Below are positions 50,954 to 61,963 of a stretch of 64,000 bases of DNA, in pieces. The notes beneath the pieces are model-generated. The model was not told where the DNA came from. It did not search any database and saw nothing but the letters and a program-made list of their open reading frames with translations. Source of the DNA: an uncultured delta proteobacterium (GTDB lineage: Bacteria; Desulfobacterota; Desulfobacteria; Desulfobacterales; Desulfosalsimonadaceae); NCBI GenBank assembly GCA_963826785.1, contig CAWGYD010000010.1, forward strand, positions 224,001 through 288,000, in the 5' to 3' direction. Positions within the stretch are counted from its first letter, which is position 1. The number at the start of each line of letters is the position of its first letter. Made by a program: the position numbers and the translations under genes.

Positions 50954-52105
50954 GCATCCGATATATCTTGAGATCACCAGACGCTGAACTTCCGACGTCC
51001 CTTCCCCGATATCGAGCAGCTTCTGATCCCGGAAAAAACGCTCCACGTTGTATTCCTTCATCAGGCCGTAACCGCCGTGGATCTGGACCGCGTTGTCGGC
51101 AATCCGTCCCATCATCTCCGAGCAATAGACCTTGGCCATGGCGGCCTCTTTCTGGAAGGGCCGGTTATGATCTTTCAGCCAGCAGGCCTTGTACAGAAGG
51201 TTTCGGGCGCATTCCAGCTCGATGGCGGCATCCGCAAGTTTAAAGGCCACAGCCTGGTACTTGGCTATGGGTTTTCCAAACTGCTCGCGCTTTTTGGCAT
51301 ACTTCAATGCCATTTCAAAGGCCCCCTGCGCGCCTCCCAGCCCCATGGAGCCGATGGAGAGCCGGCCGCCGTCTAAGGTTTTGAGCATCTGGTGGAACCC
51401 TTCTCCCTTCTTCCCCAGAATGTTTTCTTTGGGGATGCGCACATCGTCGAAATACAGTTCGGCCGTATTGGAGGCACGCCACATCATTTTCTTGTGCATG
51501 GGAACCGCCTTGAATCCGCGGGTGCCGTGCTCCACCAGGAAGCAGGAGTATTCGGGCCGGCCGTCCGGCTTGTGACCGGTGATGGCCTGCACGGTTACGC
51601 CCAGGGACAATTCACATGCCGCGTTGGTGATAAAAATCTTGGAGCCGTTGATGACCCATTCATTGCCGTCGAGCACGGCGGTGGTCTTGCTCCCCCCGGC
51701 ATCCGAACCGGCCGTGGGTTCGGTCAGTCCGAATCCCCACAGTTTTTCGCCGGTGCACAGCTTGGGCAGGTATTTCTTTTTCTGTTCCTCGGTGCCGAAA
51801 TAATAGATGGGGCCAATCCCCAGAGAATTTCCCGCCGCCACCGTGGCCGCCTGGGAGCCGTCCACCCGGGCGATTTCTTCCACCGCGATGATATAGGAAA
51901 TGTAATCGAGTTCCTGTCCGCCATAACGCTCCGACACGAACATGCCGAATACGCCGATCTCCCCCATTTTCCGGGTCAATTCGGCAGAGAACGTCTCGGT
52001 TTCATCGAGTTCCTGGGCTACCGGAGCGATCACATGCTCGGCAAACTTCCGGACTTCCTTGCGGATCATCTCCTGCTGTTTGCTAAGATCAAAATCCAAC
52101 GCCAA
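50951..52105 (-). CDS. Acyl-CoA dehydrogenase (probable isovaleryl-CoA dehydrogenase)
   Basis: LTEPTAGSD, NGSKIFITN, R.QFG.PI..YQ, QIHGGYG, IGEGTSEVQR; TTG start with AGGAGG RBS. Confidence 0.92.
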   Translation of the reverse strand: MALDFDLSKQQEMIRKEVRKFAEHVIAPVAQELDETETFSAELTRKMGEIGVFGMFVSERYGGQELDYISYIIAVEEIARVDGSQAATVAAGNSLGIGPIYYFGTEEQKKKYLPKLCTGEKLWGFGLTEPTAGSDAGGSKTTAVLDGNEWVINGSKIFITNAACELSLGVTVQAITGHKPDGRPEYSCFLVEHGTRGFKAVPMHKKMMWRASNTAELYFDDVRIPKENILGKKGEGFHQMLKTLDGGRLSIGSMGLGGAQGAFEMALKYAKKREQFGKPIAKYQAVAFKLADAAIELECARNLLYKACWLKDHNRPFQKEAAMAKVYCSEMMGRIADNAVQIHGGYGLMKEYNVERFFRDQKLLDIGEGTSEVQRLVISRYIGC

Positions 52106-52304
52106 CCTCCTTTTTCATTTCAAAGTATCCGAACCTGAAATGGCATAAATGAATTATCCTCGAATCATGACGGGCATTCCGCCGGCATGAGAAAATCAAC
52201 TACTCTATCGAAAATTATCGAACTGCGATACGGGGCCGATCCGCCGCTGAAATATGGATAAATATCAAAATTGCGAATCATCCTCATTTATCGATACCGC
52301 CTTT

Positions 52305-53465
52305 TTACACCTTGATCGCATTGATGAACAGGTGCGATACCTCATCGCCGATGGTGGACATGTCATACGCCCGGTTGAAGATGATCCATGGAATGATGAT
52401 GTGGTCAATGGTCCCGAACAATAGATTCTCGCAGATGTCCCAGTCCAGGTCGCTTTTGAAGATATTTTCTTCCTGCCCCTTGATGATGACCCGCCGGATC
52501 TGTTCAAAAATCTTTTCAATGATCCGGATACCGCCTGAATGATGAAATTTCCGGTTGGTTCTGAGCATCAGGACCAGAAGCGTGGTGTATTCCTTTTCGT
52601 CATTGTAGAATCGAAATATCCGGGAAATGATCTCCGTGATCTGGGCTTCCAGCGAATTTCCCCGCACCCGGTCATAGAGGCTGCTCAATTTTTCGTCCGG
52701 AATGCTGATCAGCAGGTTTTCCTTGCTGGAATAATATTCATAAACCGTGCCTTCCGCCACATCGGCATTCTTCGCGATCTCCAGCATGCTGGTGTCGTTG
52801 AATCCTTTTTCCGCAAAAAGCGACAGGGCCGCATTGATGATCCGGTTCTTCTTTTCATCTTTCTTGTTGACGACGTTTGATGTTTCCGGATGCGGACGGA
52901 CGGAGTTGAGGACCAGATCGGCGATGGTCTCCGCCTGGTCGAGGGAATTGGAGGAATCCTTCAGGGTCCAGTTGATGGCGATGTGGTCCACTGTTCCCAG
53001 GATCATGTCCCGCAGGATCATGGCAGATGACAAACCGACAAAACTGCCGTCTCTCATGCCTTCATCGATGATGGCGGTCATCAAACCGGCATAGTTCTTC
53101 AGGGCGGTGTAGGCTTTGGATGCGTAGAAACGGGGGTAGGAGCGCGACTCCAAGACGATTTTGATTTCGTTCTTGTTGCCCGAATAGACCTTGCAGTGAA
53201 ACCAGATCGCCTTGCGCAGCTTGTTTTCCGCACCGGCGATCCCCTGAAGATGATCCTTCAGTCCCAGGTAGCAGGCACTGAGAAAATTGTCGATGACGGC
53301 AAAAAGAACGGCTTCCTTGCTTTTAAAATAGGTATAGATGGCCGTCGGCCCCAGGTCCGCCCCCCTGGCGATCTCGGATACCGTTGCATCGGCAAACCCT
53401 TTTTCGGAAAATACCCGGGTCGCGGATTCAAGGATGGCTGTTTTTTTAAGTGTCGATCGATCCAT
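52305..53465 (-). CDS. Tandem double TetR-family regulator
   Basis: Two HTH units: FSEKGF..IAR.A...AIYTYFKSKE and FAEKGF..IAK.A.VAEGTVYEYYSSKE. Confidence 0.88.
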   Translation of the reverse strand: MDRSTLKKTAILESATRVFSEKGFADATVSEIARGADLGPTAIYTYFKSKEAVLFAVIDNFLSACYLGLKDHLQGIAGAENKLRKAIWFHCKVYSGNKNEIKIVLESRSYPRFYASKAYTALKNYAGLMTAIIDEGMRDGSFVGLSSAMILRDMILGTVDHIAINWTLKDSSNSLDQAETIADLVLNSVRPHPETSNVVNKKDEKKNRIINAALSLFAEKGFNDTSMLEIAKNADVAEGTVYEYYSSKENLLISIPDEKLSSLYDRVRGNSLEAQITEIISRIFRFYNDEKEYTTLLVLMLRTNRKFHHSGGIRIIEKIFEQIRRVIIKGQEENIFKSDLDWDICENLLFGTIDHIIIPWIIFNRAYDMSTIGDEVSHLFINAIKV

Positions 53466-53666
53466 TGCTGTCTTTTTGAGGCAAACCGAGCCCGGTTAGT
53501 TATCGGCGGGCAGAATGGGTGAAAAAAATGAATCATCCTCAATTTAAATCTCTTATTGAGGGATATTTGTTTTTCATGGTCCTGTCAAGCGCAAAATAAA
53601 GAATTGTTTTCATCTCCTGAGACATATCCGTGATCTGAAAGTGCAGATTTTTTTCATGGGCCCGTC

Positions 53667-53695
53667 TTGACAGCACCTATCCGGTGATTTATTTT
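53667..53695 (+). promoter_or_regulatory. Sigma70-type promoter candidate upstream of the Hsp20 cluster
   Basis: TTGACA-N17-TATTTT. Confidence 0.5.
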
Positions 53696-53785
53696 TTGAT
53701 TGAAAAAGGAACATAACAAACTGATTTACTGAGGTTATCATTTTCTAATGGATATTTTTTTCATCTTTTTAGAAGGTTTAAGGAG

Positions 53786-54232
53786 GTGATTGATATGGCG
53801 AATCTGGTACCCTGGAGAAAGCGAAAAACCGCTCCCGAAATAAATTTTTCCAATGACCTAAACTGCAGGGTCGACCCTTTCACACCGGATCGCATTCATC
53901 CCTTTTCAATATTTGATACCAATGGAATCTGGCCCCGGGTGGACATCCTCGAAACCGGGGATAAGATTACGATTGAGGCTGAAATTGCCGGCATGAAAAA
54001 AGAGGATATCGATGTTTCCATCAAAGATCGCATTGAGATGAAAAAAACCCGACCGAACGCTTCATCCAAGATTGATGACCCCGTAAAAAGTCCGAAGTTC
54101 GTCACTCCGGTGAAAACCGGAGTCTATAACCAACTTAGTTGGTAGTAGATTCCGGCCTCCGCCGGAATGACGAAAGCGTAAAATCCGACTTTTTAAGGCT
54201 TCATCAAGATTGAAGTAAAGACTCGATCATAG
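53786..54232 (+). pseudogene. Hsp20 pseudogene (internal deletion plus MITE insertion)
   Basis: NLVPW, WPRVDILET...AEIAGMKKEDIDVS; central alpha-crystallin strands missing; C-terminal KIEV motif lies beyond the MITE. Confidence 0.75.
54074..54205. mobile_element. MITE-like element with 6-bp target duplication AAGATT
   Basis: TIR gatgaccccgtaaaaagtc / gactttttaaggcttcatc; aagatt at 54068-54073 and 54206-54211. Confidence 0.75.
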
Positions 54233-54298
54233 ATCGATTGGCCAGATGGCAGATGCCAAATACAAACCGGAGAACCGAAAAAAAAGGAGGTATTTGAA

Positions 54299-54754
54299 AT
54301 GATTACCACACAGTTTTTCAATTTGCCTTTTTCCCGCTGGCAGCCCCATTTCAGTGAACTCGATCGTATGCGCCGGCAGCTGGACCGGCTTCTCGATCCC
54401 GAGCGAACGGTCTTCAGGGCGCCCGTGGCAGGTGTCTTCCCCATGATCAATCTGACGGAGGATAAGGACAATTATTTCATCCGGTCCGAACTCCCCGGCA
54501 TCAAGGCGGAAGACCTCGACCTCCAGATCACCAATAACCAGGTTTCCATCACGGGTGAGCGCAAACTTCAGCATGGGGATGAAAATGCTAAATTTCACCG
54601 AAGAGAAAGAGATGCGGGCCGATTTTCAAGAATGATCACGCTTCCGGGAAAAATCGAACCGGATCAGGTCGAGGCCAAGTTGAAAGACGGGGTGCTGACG
54701 CTCAGGATCCCCAAGGCCGAGATCGCAAAACCCCGGCAGATTCAGATCCAGTAA
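54299..54754 (+). CDS. Hsp20/alpha-crystallin small heat shock protein
   Basis: FPMIN, ELPG, ITGER, RRER..G.F.R.I.LP, DGVL.L.IPK, RQIQI. Confidence 0.92.
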   Translation: MITTQFFNLPFSRWQPHFSELDRMRRQLDRLLDPERTVFRAPVAGVFPMINLTEDKDNYFIRSELPGIKAEDLDLQITNNQVSITGERKLQHGDENAKFHRRERDAGRFSRMITLPGKIEPDQVEAKLKDGVLTLRIPKAEIAKPRQIQIQ

Positions 54755-54792
54755 CCTTTTAATAAGCGCCCCAACGTGAAGGAGGACTGAAC

Positions 54793-55191
54793 ATGAATGA
54801 ACAGACCATCCAGGTAAAGGAAAAACAGGAAGTCCAGGCACCGGAGCAGACGCTCCAGGGACGGGTATTCACGCCGCCTGTGGATATATACGAAACGGAA
54901 AAAGCGATCACCTTACTGGCCGATATTCCGGGTGTTGAAGCCGATGATCTCAGCATCGATCTGGCTGAAGGCGTTCTGACGCTGGCGGGAAACGTCAAGC
55001 CTTCTGAAAACAAGGAAGAGCAGGATCTGATGGCGGAATACGAAACCGGAAGCTATTATCGGCAGTTTAGACTGTCGGACATCATTGACCAGGGCAAGAT
55101 AGAGGCCAATCTCACCGACGGCGTGCTGCATCTGATTCTTCCAAAGGCAGAAGAAGCCCAGCCCAGAAAGATTCAGATTAAATCCAACTGA
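54793..55191 (+). CDS. Hsp20/alpha-crystallin small heat shock protein
   Basis: PPVDIYE, ADIPGV, YYRQFRL, DGVL.L.LPK, PRKIQI. Confidence 0.92.
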   Translation: MNEQTIQVKEKQEVQAPEQTLQGRVFTPPVDIYETEKAITLLADIPGVEADDLSIDLAEGVLTLAGNVKPSENKEEQDLMAEYETGSYYRQFRLSDIIDQGKIEANLTDGVLHLILPKAEEAQPRKIQIKSN

Positions 55192-55371
55192 GGGGCTCTC
55201 GCATTCAAGTGCCCGCTGAACGGTCATTCTGAAGGCGAAATAAAAATTTCAAACCCTGTTTTTTTTCCGTTCGGCAGGAGGGCCGTTGAGGCGCTTCTGC
55301 CGAACTTTTTTTCCGCTCTTTGATGTACAGGCATGATCATCATGGAAATAAATCAGGGGGGATGATGAATC

Positions 55372-55993
55372 ATGAAAAACTACTACGTTATCCTGGGGGT
55401 GCGCCAAAATGCCGATAAGCAGGACATCAAGAAAGCCTACCGGGACATTGCCAAGAAATACCACCCGGACTCGGTCTGTGCATCCGCCGATGAAGGGGAT
55501 GAATTTGTCGAAGCCACCGAAGCCTATGAGACCCTGGCAGACGATTCAAAACGAGACGCTTACGATCGGAACCTGCGCCAACAGCAGTTAAATACCCGCT
55601 CTTTCCGTCCGAGGTCGCGGTATGACCGCCGCACCTATTTTACCCGGGCAGATTCGCCCATAGAAGATATTACCCCGGGTTTTCGGCATGATCGATCATC
55701 GGATCAGCCGGTCCATGGAAATCTCCCTGTCCCCGGATCAGGCCGTTCACGGCGGCCGCTTCGGGCTTGATCTGGTTTTTCAGGTTCCCTGCCCGGGCTG
55801 CGGAAGTTCCGGCGGCAATGAACAGTTCTTCTGCCCCATCTGCTCCGGCCGCGGCTCATATCAGATGCACGAACGCATTTTCATCCGGGTGCCCCCGAAT
55901 GTCGAAGACGGCCACATTCTTTCCCTGCCGGTGACCCTCTCCAATGAATTGCAGATCCAGCTGAACCTTATTTTGCGGGTCGGGTCATATTGA
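55372..55993 (+). pseudogene. DnaJ-domain protein with CxxCxGxG zinc finger, one frameshift
   Basis: NYYVILGV, KYHPD J-domain; second frame from ~55682 has CPGCGSSG..CPICSGRG and VPPNVEDG. Confidence 0.8.
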
Positions 55994-55999
55994 TCAGAA

Positions 56000-56263
56000 T
56001 TACAGGAACCGGTACACATCTGCCGGCGAAATCCCCTTTGCCAGCATCATGACCTGAATGTGGTAGAGCAGCTGGGAAATCTCTTCCGCCAGCTGCTCCC
56101 GGCTTTGATGTTCGGCGGCCATCCAGACTTCGGCCGCCTCCTCGATGATTTTCTTGCCGATGTCGTGGGGGCCCGAGCGGACACGGGCAACGGTCCCGGA
56201 TGCCGGGTCGCCTTCGCGCACCTTGCGGCTCAATTCCTCGAATAGTTCATCGAATTGTTTCAT
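56000..56263 (-). CDS. hisE: Phosphoribosyl-ATP pyrophosphatase
   Basis: [32 protein letters not shown]. Confidence 0.88.
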   Translation of the reverse strand: MKQFDELFEELSRKVREGDPASGTVARVRSGPHDIGKKIIEEAAEVWMAAEHQSREQLAEEISQLLYHIQVMMLAKGISPADVYRFL

Positions 56264-56277
56264 GTGTTCAACACAGA

Positions 56278-56798
56278 TCAATAATGAGCGTCGGCGTAAT
56301 TGACCCACCCGCCGGCCGCCACCAGTGCCCGGTCAAAATCGGAGATCAGAAATTCGATTTGCTCGGTTTGGCCGTCTGCCGAAACGGTCAGCCGGCTGTT
56401 TTCAAGGTCGGCGGTCATGGATGCGTCTTTACCTGAAAATTTATCAAACAACGCATCGATTTTTTCTGCGGGAAGTTCGATGGCCATCATGCCGCAGTTG
56501 AACATGTTCTGTTTGAAAATCCGGGCAAAGCCCGATGCCACCACCAGGTTGATGCCGTTGACCTCCAAGGCCCAGGGGGCGTGCTCCCGGGAAGAGCCGC
56601 ACCCGAAGTTGGCCCGGGTGACGATCACGCTTTTTCCGCGGATATCGGCTGCCGGGTCAAACCCGTCGAGCTTTAAATCTTCCAGAAGGTAGGGCTTCAA
56701 TGCATCCTTGCTGATTTCGGTGAGGTACTTGGCCGGGATGATTTCATCGGTATTGATGTCCGAGCGGTCCAGAAACAGGACTTTTCCGGAAAACGTTT

Positions 56799-56802
<4 letters not shown>
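56278..56802 (-). CDS. leuD: 3-isopropylmalate dehydratase small subunit
   Basis: [26 protein letters not shown]. Confidence 0.9.
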
Positions 56803-58100
<1,298 letters not shown>

Positions 58101-58435
58101 GGTGACTCCCATCTGAAAATTCTGCCGGCGTTCTACGGGACACCGGCCTGAACAAGCGTGAACATGCTTAAAAACGAAACCTTAAAAATTACACACCTGG
58201 CCCATAATTACAAGATCATTGATGAAAACGAGATGAAATTGTGCAATCGGGCAAAGCGGATCTGGCCCATGCCGATGTCCGACCGGCGGGAGGCTTTCTG
58301 GGAACTGAATACATCGAGGACTGCAAAATCCCCCTAAGTTTCGCTTTTTCTGAGAGGGGCGTGTAATCAAACTTCTCATGAAAATGCTTTTGATAGAAAG
58401 CGCCCCACTCCGCTTTGCTGCGTTTTTAGAAGAAG

Positions 58436-58708
58436 GAACTTTAGAATTGCAACGGAGGCCGGCCGGCACACCCCCCTTAAATTCCCCCCTCAAAGGGGGG
58501 ATTAGTTTTTGAAATTACGATCAAATTCCCCATTCGAGGGAGGACTCCTCCTTTTATTCCCCATTCGAGGGAGGACTCCTCCTTTTATTCCCCATTCGAG
58601 GGAGGACTCCTCCTTTTATTCCCCCCTCGGGGGGACACTTTTTTATTCCCCCCTTGAGGGGGGCAGGGGGGTGTTGGGCCGGTGAGAAATCAACCGAGTT
58701 AACTTCCT
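58436..58708. repeat. Composite CCCCCCT..AGGGGGG element containing three identical 31-bp tandem units (58525-58617)
   Basis: Unit attccccattcgagggaggactcctcctttt at 58525, 58556, 58587, followed by degenerate units. Confidence 0.85.
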
Positions 58709-58967
58709 TGAAAATCGGATTCAATATAAGATACAGGTGTATACTATAACATTCTTTTTGTCTGTTTCCGGACTCGATCTTTCCGGGTTTATCATTATCT
58801 TTTTTAGCAGCGTTTTGACAAACTTAAATAATACATATCTTTTAGTGATGCCTGATGGCATGCCCATTGCTGCCGGATAGTGTATTATCGAAGAAAGATA
58901 GTTAGACATGCGGCGGTTTTGATTTAAGCGTAAACCAGAAATTCAACGGCGTATTCGGTGGAAACAA

Positions 58968-59417
58968 ATGAAAACAAAATACATTATTCAAATTGTTCTT
59001 GTCCTGATCTTTTACTGCTCCGGTACTTCATTTGCCGATAACTGGAAAAACGAGTCGGGCAAAGGGCATTCGGGAAAATCAAATTATCACAACGATGACC
59101 GCGACGATCGTGGATACAAGAACCGATCCGATGATCATGGGCGCCATGAGGTGCATGGGCGTCCGGATTATCGGGGGTATCATGGATACAAAAGCGCCCC
59201 CTATGACAGGGGACGTCATTACGGCCGCTATAAATACAACAACCATCAGTATGAATACCATGGACACTGGCGCTCCTGGGATCAATGGGAAAGGTACGCA
59301 AAACAACATCCGCACATTTATGAACATGGGCATTATTACCGTGAAAATACCCATTTGATGTTCAGGTATTCCGATCCCGGAACGGGTGAATGCTTCTTCT
59401 TTTCAATCGGGAAATAA
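58968..59417 (+). CDS. Secreted His/Tyr/Arg-rich hypothetical protein
   Basis: MKTK plus hydrophobic stretch and SFA cleavage site; low-complexity His/Tyr-rich body; ends FFFSIGK. Confidence 0.7.
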   Translation: MKTKYIIQIVLVLIFYCSGTSFADNWKNESGKGHSGKSNYHNDDRDDRGYKNRSDDHGRHEVHGRPDYRGYHGYKSAPYDRGRHYGRYKYNNHQYEYHGHWRSWDQWERYAKQHPHIYEHGHYYRENTHLMFRYSDPGTGECFFFSIGK

Positions 59418-59528
59418 GCCCAGAATCTGCCCAGTTGATAAAGAAGAATGAATCTGCCCCCCCAAGGTTGAATGGATTGAGTCGCGTCATTGCAGAAATT
59501 CGGGTGGCAATGATCCCTGCTGAATGCG

Positions 59529-60710
59529 CTACTGCCTGCCTTCGGCCGTGGGGTCCTGCATAAGCCCGGGCGGTGCTTCTCCTGCTGCTTTTTCGGTGCG
59601 CAGGTCTGCCAGGCGGCGCGCTTCGATAAATCCTGATTTTGCGGCGTGCCGGGCCATCTCCAGGGTATCTTTGGCCACAATCAGCGGGCTGCCCTCGATT
59701 TGGAGCTTTGCGGACAATTTCTCCAGGCCCGCTTCCCTGCCCGGATCGCCATCCACTTTTCGGATGTAGACCGCTTTGACCCGCCCGGGATTGCTGTGCA
59801 CGATTTCCGTGTAGATTTCCGGATCGAGCTGTCCGCTGTCACCGATGAGGATAAACGGGAGATCCGGATAGGTATGCAGTATGTCCATGATGCAGCGGAA
59901 TTTATGGCCGCGGGGGCTTGCCGGGGTCAGGCCCTCCATGGACAGACCCCAGTCCCGCAGGTTGAGGACGGGGCCGATGGGAATCTCGTGCAGGCGGAAA
60001 AACTCGCCCAGGAGATCATAAAGGTTCCAGGGGCCGCGGGAGACGTAAAAAATGGGATTGATCGGCGTGTCATCGATGCCCAGGTGCAGGGCGCGATAAA
60101 ACGCTGCCACTCCCGGAAACGGCAGGCGGGTGCGCGCACTGCCCATGAACAAAGAGCGCATCATGCGCAAAAAATTGGTGGCCTCGGTGGGCAGAACCGT
60201 GTCGTCGATATCGCTGACAATCACCTGGCGTGCTTGACGGGGCGGCGTCAGCGCCCTGCCGGTTTTCTCCACCGGACGGCCGCCGCCGGTCAGAGGTGAG
60301 ACGAGTTTCAGGGCCACGGGCTGCCAGAGGCGGTCGTCGGGGGGAGAATCGGGGTGGAACGTAAATTCGAAAAAGCCCTGGGCGTCTGTTCTGCCCTCCT
60401 GCCATGCCCCCATGAAGCCGGCGGCAATGCATGCACCCGGGATGGGCATGCGCGACAGGCGTTTATACATGTTTCGCAGGTCATGAAAGACCGTATCGGA
60501 TTCCTGCACCGGGGCAATCGATTTGAACTCGACCACCCGGCCTTTGAGCCGGATGCGATCGTGGCTGCCGTAGCCGGTGTAATCGATAATGTCGAAAGGC
60601 CCCAGCAGGCCGAGCCCGGATTTGACATCGATGCGCCTTTTCCGGACCCAGTTGCCCGCCCTGATCATCCAGGGCCGCACGGATTGAAGAAGATCGCGGG
60701 CAAGGCTCAT
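59529..60710 (-). CDS. App1-family phosphatidate phosphatase-like protein (DUF2183)
   Basis: VSDIDDT, PFPGV, FYVS..PWNLY, LIGDSGQLDPEIY. Confidence 0.85.
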   Translation of the reverse strand: MSLARDLLQSVRPWMIRAGNWVRKRRIDVKSGLGLLGPFDIIDYTGYGSHDRIRLKGRVVEFKSIAPVQESDTVFHDLRNMYKRLSRMPIPGACIAAGFMGAWQEGRTDAQGFFEFTFHPDSPPDDRLWQPVALKLVSPLTGGGRPVEKTGRALTPPRQARQVIVSDIDDTVLPTEATNFLRMMRSLFMGSARTRLPFPGVAAFYRALHLGIDDTPINPIFYVSRGPWNLYDLLGEFFRLHEIPIGPVLNLRDWGLSMEGLTPASPRGHKFRCIMDILHTYPDLPFILIGDSGQLDPEIYTEIVHSNPGRVKAVYIRKVDGDPGREAGLEKLSAKLQIEGSPLIVAKDTLEMARHAAKSGFIEARRLADLRTEKAAGEAPPGLMQDPTAEGRQ

Positions 60711-60792
60711 TTACTTTCAATCCCCTTTTTCCGTATCCCGAAGGTAATTTCATGAAAGCTTTTCAACCCGCTGCACGGCGTTTTTGCAGTAA

Positions 60793-61035
60793 GGAACTTT
60801 TAAATCCTGACTGCCGCAGCCGCTACACCCCCCTTTAATTCCCCCCTCAAGGGGGGATTAGGCCTTGAAATGACGATCAAATTCACCCATCGAGAAGGGT
60901 CAGGGGTATGTTTTGCAGAAAGGAATTTTAAACAGTCACCGGCGGCACACCCCCCTTTAATTCCCCCCTCAAGGGGGGATTAGGCCTTGAAATGACGATT
61001 AAATTCCCCCCTCGAGGGGGGTTCAGGGGGGTGTC
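60793..61035. repeat. Two tandem copies of the CCCCCCT..AGGGGGG element
   Basis: acacccccctttaattcccccctcaaggggggattaggccttgaaatgacgat occurs twice; similar to 58468. Confidence 0.85.
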
Positions 61036-61087
61036 GGGCCTGCGACCCCGCTGTCCTGACTCCTCTCAGGGGAAAAGCGTCGACCGG

Positions 61088-61423
61088 TTATTCCCATCCG
61101 CCGATCAGATGCAGGTGCAGGTGAAACACCTCCTGGCCGCCGCCTTTCTCCACGTTGAAAAACAAACGGTACCCGGATTCATTCACCTGCATTTTTACAG
61201 CCATTTCTTTTGCGATAAAAATCAATTCTGCGATGATCGGCCGGTCATCTTCGGCCAGGTCGTTGATACTCCGGATATGCTTTCTCGGGACGATCAGGAG
61301 ATGCACGGGTGCCAGCGGATTGATATCTTTAAATACGATGAGGGTTTCGTTTTCAAACAACAGATCGGAATCGGTCTGTCCACCGGCGATTTTGCAGAAA
61401 ATGCACTCCTGATTGGAATTCAT
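61088..61423 (-). CDS. hinT: HIT family nucleotide-binding protein
   Basis: CIFCKI, DINPLAPVH, GGQEVFHLHLHLIGG. Confidence 0.9.
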   Translation of the reverse strand: MNSNQECIFCKIAGGQTDSDLLFENETLIVFKDINPLAPVHLLIVPRKHIRSINDLAEDDRPIIAELIFIAKEMAVKMQVNESGYRLFFNVEKGGGQEVFHLHLHLIGGWE

Positions 61424-61507
61424 CGATAATTTCTCCCTCTTTGCGGTTCGTTTGTCTTGTGCATTGAAATCAGTGCAATGAATAGACGGATTTTTTAAAA
61501 TAAGCGA

Positions 61508-61951
61508 TCATGATTTGACCACCAGGACGGATGTATGTTCAAGTGAGCGCACCAGTTTGACACTGACATCGCCGAGGACGAACTCCTCGGATTTGGACAT
61601 ATTCTTCCGGCCGATGATGACCATATCATATTCCCCCTGGCGGTAAAAGCTCATGATTCCCTCGGTGACGGAGGCAAACGGCTCCGACAGCAGTTCGACA
61701 TCAATCTGCTCCGGCGCAAATCCCTTTTCCGCCACCAGGCGGTCCCTGGCCTTCTGCAGAACCGCTCTTAACCGCGATGGCTGTTCGGACATGAATTTTT
61801 TGCCCATCAGTTCCTCCCCCGAGGTGGGTTTCCGAAATACATGGACCAGCGTCATGCGGATATCATCCGGGCACAGCGGCAAACCGATCAGGTAATCGAT
61901 GACCGCCCGGGAACTGACCGAATCGTTTAGCGGGACCAGAATCGAGATCAT
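61508..61951 (-). CDS. Universal stress protein
   Basis: ILVPLNDS, YDMVIIGR, FVLGDVS.KLV, SVLVV. Confidence 0.88.
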   Translation of the reverse strand: MISILVPLNDSVSSRAVIDYLIGLPLCPDDIRMTLVHVFRKPTSGEELMGKKFMSEQPSRLRAVLQKARDRLVAEKGFAPEQIDVELLSEPFASVTEGIMSFYRQGEYDMVIIGRKNMSKSEEFVLGDVSVKLVRSLEHTSVLVVKS

Positions 61952-61963
61952 GACGCTTTTCCT

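Noticed and set aside
53640..53790. CIRCE or HAIR heat-shock operator upstream of the Hsp20 cluster
   Set aside because: No adequate match to TTAGCACTC-N9-GAGTGCTAA or CTTGAGT-N7-ACTCAAG
58525..58650. Regularly spaced palindromic units resembling a CRISPR array
   Set aside because: Units are contiguous identical 31-mers with no unique spacers, and no cas genes are present
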